Assembly (NCBI RefSeq): GCF_009914755.1
Contig: NC_060940.1
DNA length: 64,000 nucleotides
Direction: 5' to 3' (one strand)
Source of the DNA: the human T2T-CHM13v2.0 reference genome, Homo sapiens
The position numbers and the translations under genes are program-made. Every line of letters begins with the position of its first letter. Position 1 is the first letter of the stretch. The notes beneath the pieces are model-generated. The model was not told the DNA's origin. It searched no databases and worked only from the letters and a program-made list of their open reading frames with translations. Shown here one piece after another: positions 58,401 through 64,000 of the stretch.

Positions 58401-61400
58401 TCGATGATTCCATTTGATTCCATTCAGTGATGATTCCATTTGATTCCATCTGATGATGATTTCACTTGATTCATTTCAATGATGATTCCATTCAAGTCCA
58501 TTCGATGATTCCATTGGAGTCCAAACGATCATTCCATTCGATTCCATTCAATGATGATTCCATTCATGTCCATTCAATGAATCCTTTCAATTCCATTCGA
58601 TGATGACTCCATTCGAGTACATTCGATGATTCCATTTGATTCCATCTGATGATGATTACATTCAATTCCATTCGAAGATGATTCCATTCAATTCCACTTG
58701 ATGATGATTCCGTATGAATCCATTCGCTGATTATTCCATTCGATTCCATTCATTGACGATTCCATTCGATTCCATTCAATGATGATTCTCTTCTATTGCA
58801 TTCGATGATTCCGTTCGATTCCATTCGATGATGATTCCATTAGATTCCATTCGATTGTTGCATTCGATTCCCTTCGATGATGATTCCTTTGAATTCCATT
58901 CGATTATGATTCCGTATGAATCCATTTGATGATTATTCCATTGGATTCCTTTCGATGATGATTCCATTCGATTCCATTTGATGATGTTTCTCATGTATTC
59001 CATTTGATAATTCCTTTCAATTCCCTTCGATGATGATTCTTTCGAGTCAATTCGATGATTCTATTCCATTCCCTTCGATGATGATTCCATTTCACTCCAT
59101 TCGATGATTCCATTCGATTCAATTTGGTGATGATTCAATTCGATGACATTCGATGACTCCATTCAATTTCATTTGATGATGATTACATTCGAGTCCATTT
59201 GATGATTGTATTCCTTTCCTTTTGATGATTATTCCATTCGTGTCTATTCAAAGATTCCATTCTATTCCATTCAATGATGATTCCAATTGATTCCATTCAA
59301 TGATTATGGCTATCGATTCCACTCGTTGATTCCATTTGATTCCATTCGATGATTATTCCGTTAGATTCCATTAGGAGATTCCATTCGATTTTATTCAATG
59401 ATTCCAATTGATTCCATTCAATGATGATTCCATTCGACTCCATTCAGTGATTCCATTTGAGTCCATTTGATGATTCCATTCGAGTCCATTTGATGATTCC
59501 ATTCTTTTCCATTTGATGATGATTCCATTAGGGTCCATTCAATGATTCCATTCGAGTCCATTCGTTAATGCCTTTCGAGTCCTTTTGATCACTACATTCG
59601 AGTCCATTCAATGATTCTATTCGATTCCATTCCATGATGATTCCATTCGAGTTCATTCGATGATTGCATTCGAGTCCATTTGATGATTCCATAAGATTCC
59701 ATTCGACAATGATTCCATTCGTGTCCATTTGATGATTCCATTCATTTCCTATCGATGAAGATTCCATTCGAGTGTATTCGATGATTCCATTCAAATCCAT
59801 TCGATGATGATTCCATTCCAGTCCATTCGATCATTCCACTTGATTCCATTTGATGACTATTCCATTCAAATCCATTTGATGATTCCATTCGATTCCATTC
59901 GATGTTACCATTCCAGTATATACGATGATTCCACTCGATTCCATTTGATGATTATTCCATTGGAGTCGACATAGTGAATCCTTTAGATTCTACTCGAAGA
60001 TGATTCCATTCGAGTCCATTCGATGATACCATTCAATTCCATTCGTTGATGCTTCCATTCAAGTGCATTCGATGATATCATTCGATTCCATTTGATGATA
60101 ATTCCATTTGATTCCATGTGATGATTCTATTCCATTCCATTCAATGATAATTCCATTCAATTCAGTGATTCCTCTGGACTCCATTTGATGATGATTCCAT
60201 TCAATGATTCCATTCGATTCTATTCGAAAATGATTCCATTTGAATCCATTTGATGATGATTCCATTCGATTCCATTTGATGATTCCATTCGATTCCATTC
60301 GACGATGATTCCATTCGATTCCATTTGATGATTCCATTCTATTCTATTCGATGATGATTCCATTCGATTCCATTCGATGATGATTGGATTCGATTCCATT
60401 TGATGATTTCATTTGATTCCATTCGATGATGATTTCGATCAATTCCATTCGATGATTCCATTCGATTCCATTTGATAATGATTACATCCGAGTCCATTCG
60501 ATGATTCCATTTGAGCCCGTTCGATAATTCCATTTGAGTCCAATCAATGATTCCATTCATTTCCATTCAATGATTCCATTCGAGTCCATTTGATCATTCC
60601 GGTAGGGTCCGTTCGATGTTGATTCCATTGGAGTGCATTCGATGATTCCATTCGAGTCCATTTTAGGATTTGATTCGAGTCCTTTCGATGATTCCATTCG
60701 ATTCCACTCGATGCGATGATGATTTCATTCGAGTCCATTCGACACTTCCAATCGATTCCATTTGATGTTTCCATTCGAGTCCAATTGATGATTCCATTCA
60801 ATTCCATTCGATGATGATTCCGTACGATTCCATTCTGTGATGATTCCATGTGATTGCATTCAATGATGATTCCTTTCGATTGCATTCGATTATGATTCAT
60901 TTCGTGTTCATTCTATGGTTCCACAGGTTTCACATCGTGTCCATTCCATTATTCCATTCTATTCCATTTGATGATGATTCCATTCGATTCCATTCATTGG
61001 TGATTCCACTCAATTCCATTCAATGATTCCATTCCATTTCTTTCAACAATGATTCCATTAGTTTCTAATCGATGATGCACTTGATTCCATTTGACGATGA
61101 TTCCATTCTTGTCCATTCGATGATTCCATTTGATTCCATATGATGATGATTCCATTCGATTCCATACGATGATTATTCCATTCGAGTCCATTCAATGGTG
61201 ATTCCATTCAATTCCATTCGATGATTCCTTTCGATTCCATTTGATGATGATGGCATTCGATTCCTTTCAATCATTCCCTTTGATTCCACTCAAAGGTGAT
61301 TTCATTCAAGTCCATTCGATAATTGCATTCGATTCCATTCTATGATGATTCCATTCGAGTCCATTTGATGATTCCATTCAATTCAAGTCAATGATGATTC

Positions 61401-62145
61401 CATTCGATTCCATTCGATGATTCCATTGGATTCCATTCGATAATGATTCCATTCAAATCCATTCGATAATTCAATTCACGTCCATTCGATGATGATTCCA
61501 ATCGAATCCATTCAAAGATTCCATTCAATTCCATTCGATGATTCCCTTAGATTCCATTCGATGATTCCACTTGATTCCATTTACGATGATTCCATTCGAT
61601 TCCATGTGATGATTCCATTCAATTCTATTCAATGATGTTTCCATTTGATTCCATTCGACCATGATTGCCTTTGATTCCATTCAATGATTCCATTCGGTTC
61701 CGTTTGATGATGATTCCGTTCGATTCCATTTGATGATTGCATTTGATTCCATTGGATGAGTCCATTCGATTACATTCGATGATTATTCCATTCGAGTGCA
61801 TTAGATGATTCCATTCGAGTCCATTCGATGATTCCATTCGAGTCCATTCGATGATTCCATTCGATTCCATTCGATGTTGATTCTGTTCAAATCCATTCGA
61901 TGATTCCACTCGATTCCATTCGATGACTCCATTTGATCCCATTCGATGATTTCCTTTGATTCCCTTTGATGATCATTCCATTTGATTCAATTCGGTGATT
62001 TCATTTGATTCCATTCAGTGATGTTTCCATTCGACTCCATTCGATGATGATTCCATTCGACTACATTCGATTATGATTTCATTCAATTCCATTCGATAAA
62101 GATTCCCTTCGAGTCCAATCGATGATTCCATTCGATTCCATTCAA
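49481..62145 (+). repeat. 12,665-bp HSat2 higher-order repeat unit, copy 3
   Basis: Same landmarks at +25330 from copy 1. Many translated pseudo-ORFs are identical across the three copies (for example the 193-aa frame at 29200, 41865 and 54530). Confidence 0.94.
56630..58312 (+). repeat. Nested ~836-bp tandem duplication (12,665-bp unit copy 3)
   Basis: ORF ends 56796/57632 and 57084/57920 are offset by 836. Confidence 0.9.
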
Positions 62146-64000
62146 CGATGATTTGATTCGTGTCCATTCGATGATTCCATTTGATTCCACTTGATGAGGA
62201 TTCCATTCGAGTCCATTTGATGATTCCATTCAATTCCATTCTCCGATGATTTCTTTTGAGCCCATTCAATGCTTCCACTCGATTACATATGATGATGACT
62301 CCATTCGATGAAACTCGATGATGATTCCATTCGCTTGCATTCGATGATGATTCCACTTGAGTCCGTTAGAAGATTCTATTCAATTACATTCCATGACGAT
62401 TCTGTTCGAGTCCATTTGATGATTCCATTACACTCCATTCGACAATGATTCCATTCAATGTTATTCGATGATTCCATTCGATCTCATTCGATGATGATTC
62501 CATTCAAGTCCATTCGATGTTTCCATTCGAGTTCATTCTATTATTCCATTAGATTCCATTCGATGATGATTCCATTCGATTCCATTTGATGATTGCATTC
62601 TATTTCATTTGATGATGATTCCATTCGAGTCCATTCGATGATTCCATTCGAGTCCATTTAATGAATCCATTGGTTTCAATTCTATGATGATTATATTGGA
62701 TTCCATTCGTTGATGATTTCATTCGATTCCATTCAATGATGATTCCATTCAATTCCATTCAATGATTCCATTCAATTCCATACGATGATGATTCCATTTG
62801 ATTTGATTCGACAGTGAGCCATTCGATTCAATTCCATGATGATTCTGTTTGATTCACTTGGTTGACATTTCCATTCGATTCCATTCGATGATGATTCCAT
62901 TTGATTCCATTCAAAGATGATTCCATTCTAGCCCATTCAATCATTCCATTCGATTCTATTCAATGATGATTCCATTCATGTCGATTTGGTGATTCCATTT
63001 GACTTCATTTGATGATGATTCCTTTCAAGTTCATTAGATGATTCCATTCGATTCCATTTGATGATGATCCCATTCGAGTCCATTCAGTGATTCCACTCGT
63101 TTCCATTCCATGATGATTCCATTCCATTCCATTCAATGATTCCATTCGATTCCGTTTGATGATGATTTCATTCGAGTCCATTTGATGATTCCATTTGATT
63201 CCATTCGATGATGATTCCATTCGAGTCCATTCGATGATTCTATTCGAATCCATTTGATGATTTCTTTTGATTATATTTGGTGATGATTCCATTGGAGTCC
63301 ATTCAATGATTCCATTCGATTCCAATCGATGGTGGTTCCATTAGAGTCCATTTAATGATTCCATTTGATTCCAGTCTCTGATGTTTACATTCGAGTCCAT
63401 ACGATGATTCCACTCAATTCCATATGATGATGATTCCATTCGATTCCATTCGATGATTCCATTCTATTCTATTCAATGGTGATTCCATTCGAGTACATTA
63501 GATGATTCCATTCGATTCCATTCAATGATGATTCTACTTGTGTCCGTTAGATGATTCCACATGATTCCATTAGATGATGATACTATTTGAGCCCATCCAA
63601 TGATTCCCTTCGATTCCATTCGATGAGGATTCCATTCGATTCAATTCATTGGTGATTCTATTCAATTCAATTCTTTGATTCAATTCCATTCCATTCGACA
63701 ATGATTCCATTCGATTTCTTTCGATGATTCCACTCAATTTCACTTGACGTTGATTCCATTCGATTCCATTCAATGATTCCATTTGATTCCAGTGGATGAT
63801 GATTGCCGTCGATTCCATTCGATCACTCCATTCTGTTCCATTTGATGATGATTACATTCGATTCCATTTGATGATTCCATCTGATTCTATTCGAGGATTC
63901 CATTTGATTCCATTCGATGATGATTCCATTCGAGTCCATTCGATGATTTCATTCGAGTACATCCAATGATTCCATTCGAGTCCATTTGATGATTCCATTT
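62146..64000 (+). repeat. Start of a fourth 12,665-bp-type unit, cut by the window end
   Basis: ORF ends 50340/63005 and 50905/63570 are offset by 12665. Confidence 0.85.

Larger units (their letters stand above)
1..64000 (+). repeat. Human/primate satellite II (HSat2/HSATII) pericentromeric array, CATTC-rich strand on +
   Basis: Continuous degenerate ATTCCATTCG / ATGATG / GAGTCCATTCG units (about 23- and 26-bp motifs such as ATTCCATTCGATTCCATTCGATG and its ATGATG version) from the first to the last base. TCGA is dense and pure (CATTC)n runs are short, which points to HSat2 rather than HSat3. No unique sequence was seen. Confidence 0.97.

Noticed and set aside
571-63818. Numerous 60-193 aa ORFs, for example 29200-29781 (193 aa) and 28753-29193 (146 aa)
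   Set aside because: They are low-complexity translations of the GAATG strand that overlap in all three frames and have no domain-like content. Their identity between copies only reflects the tandem repeat.
1-64000. CRISPR-like array (23-26-bp recurring motifs)
   Set aside because: There are no unique spacers, no constant direct repeat, no leader and no cas genes. The intervening sequence is the same satellite.
1-64000. Alpha satellite/CENP-B boxes, HSat3, telomeric repeats or Alu/L1 insertions
   Set aside because: No 171-bp monomer, TTAGGG tract, long pure (CATTC)n run or non-satellite interruption was seen by eye.
24151-64000. 12.7-kb unit as a simple dimer of the 6,112-bp unit
   Set aside because: Single-copy landmarks (CGTACG, GGTTCCACAGG, the AAACTCAACG-type motif) occur once per 12,665 bp rather than twice, and the length differs from 12,224.

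Overview
The whole 64 kb is one uninterrupted, single-orientation array of primate (most likely human) pericentromeric satellite II (HSat2/HSATII). It consists of diverged (CATTC)n/(GAATG)n built from ATTCCATTCG, ATG-ATTCCATTCG and ATGATG-ATTCCATTCG blocks, with the CATTCGATGATG and CATTCGAGTCCATT signatures. I find no credible genes, RNA genes, CRISPR arrays or transposons. The ORF track is a by-product of the repeat. The informative content is the higher-order architecture. The rare landmark GAGTAAA(C/T)TCAACG (AAA at 301, 10231, 16343, 22455, 26729, 39394, and a variant at 52059) gives unit lengths of 9930, 6112, 6112, 4274, 12665 and 12665 bp. The window therefore captures a switch from a 6,112-bp repeat unit (about the size I recall for chr16q11.2 HSat2B) to a highly homogeneous 12,665-bp unit. 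The 12,665-bp unit contains the whole 6,112-bp unit in collinear order plus 6,553 bp net of extra satellite. The switch happens at a 1,838-bp deletion junction near 24,150. All alignments were done by eye using landmarks and ORF-track offsets, so breakpoints are approximate (tens of bp).
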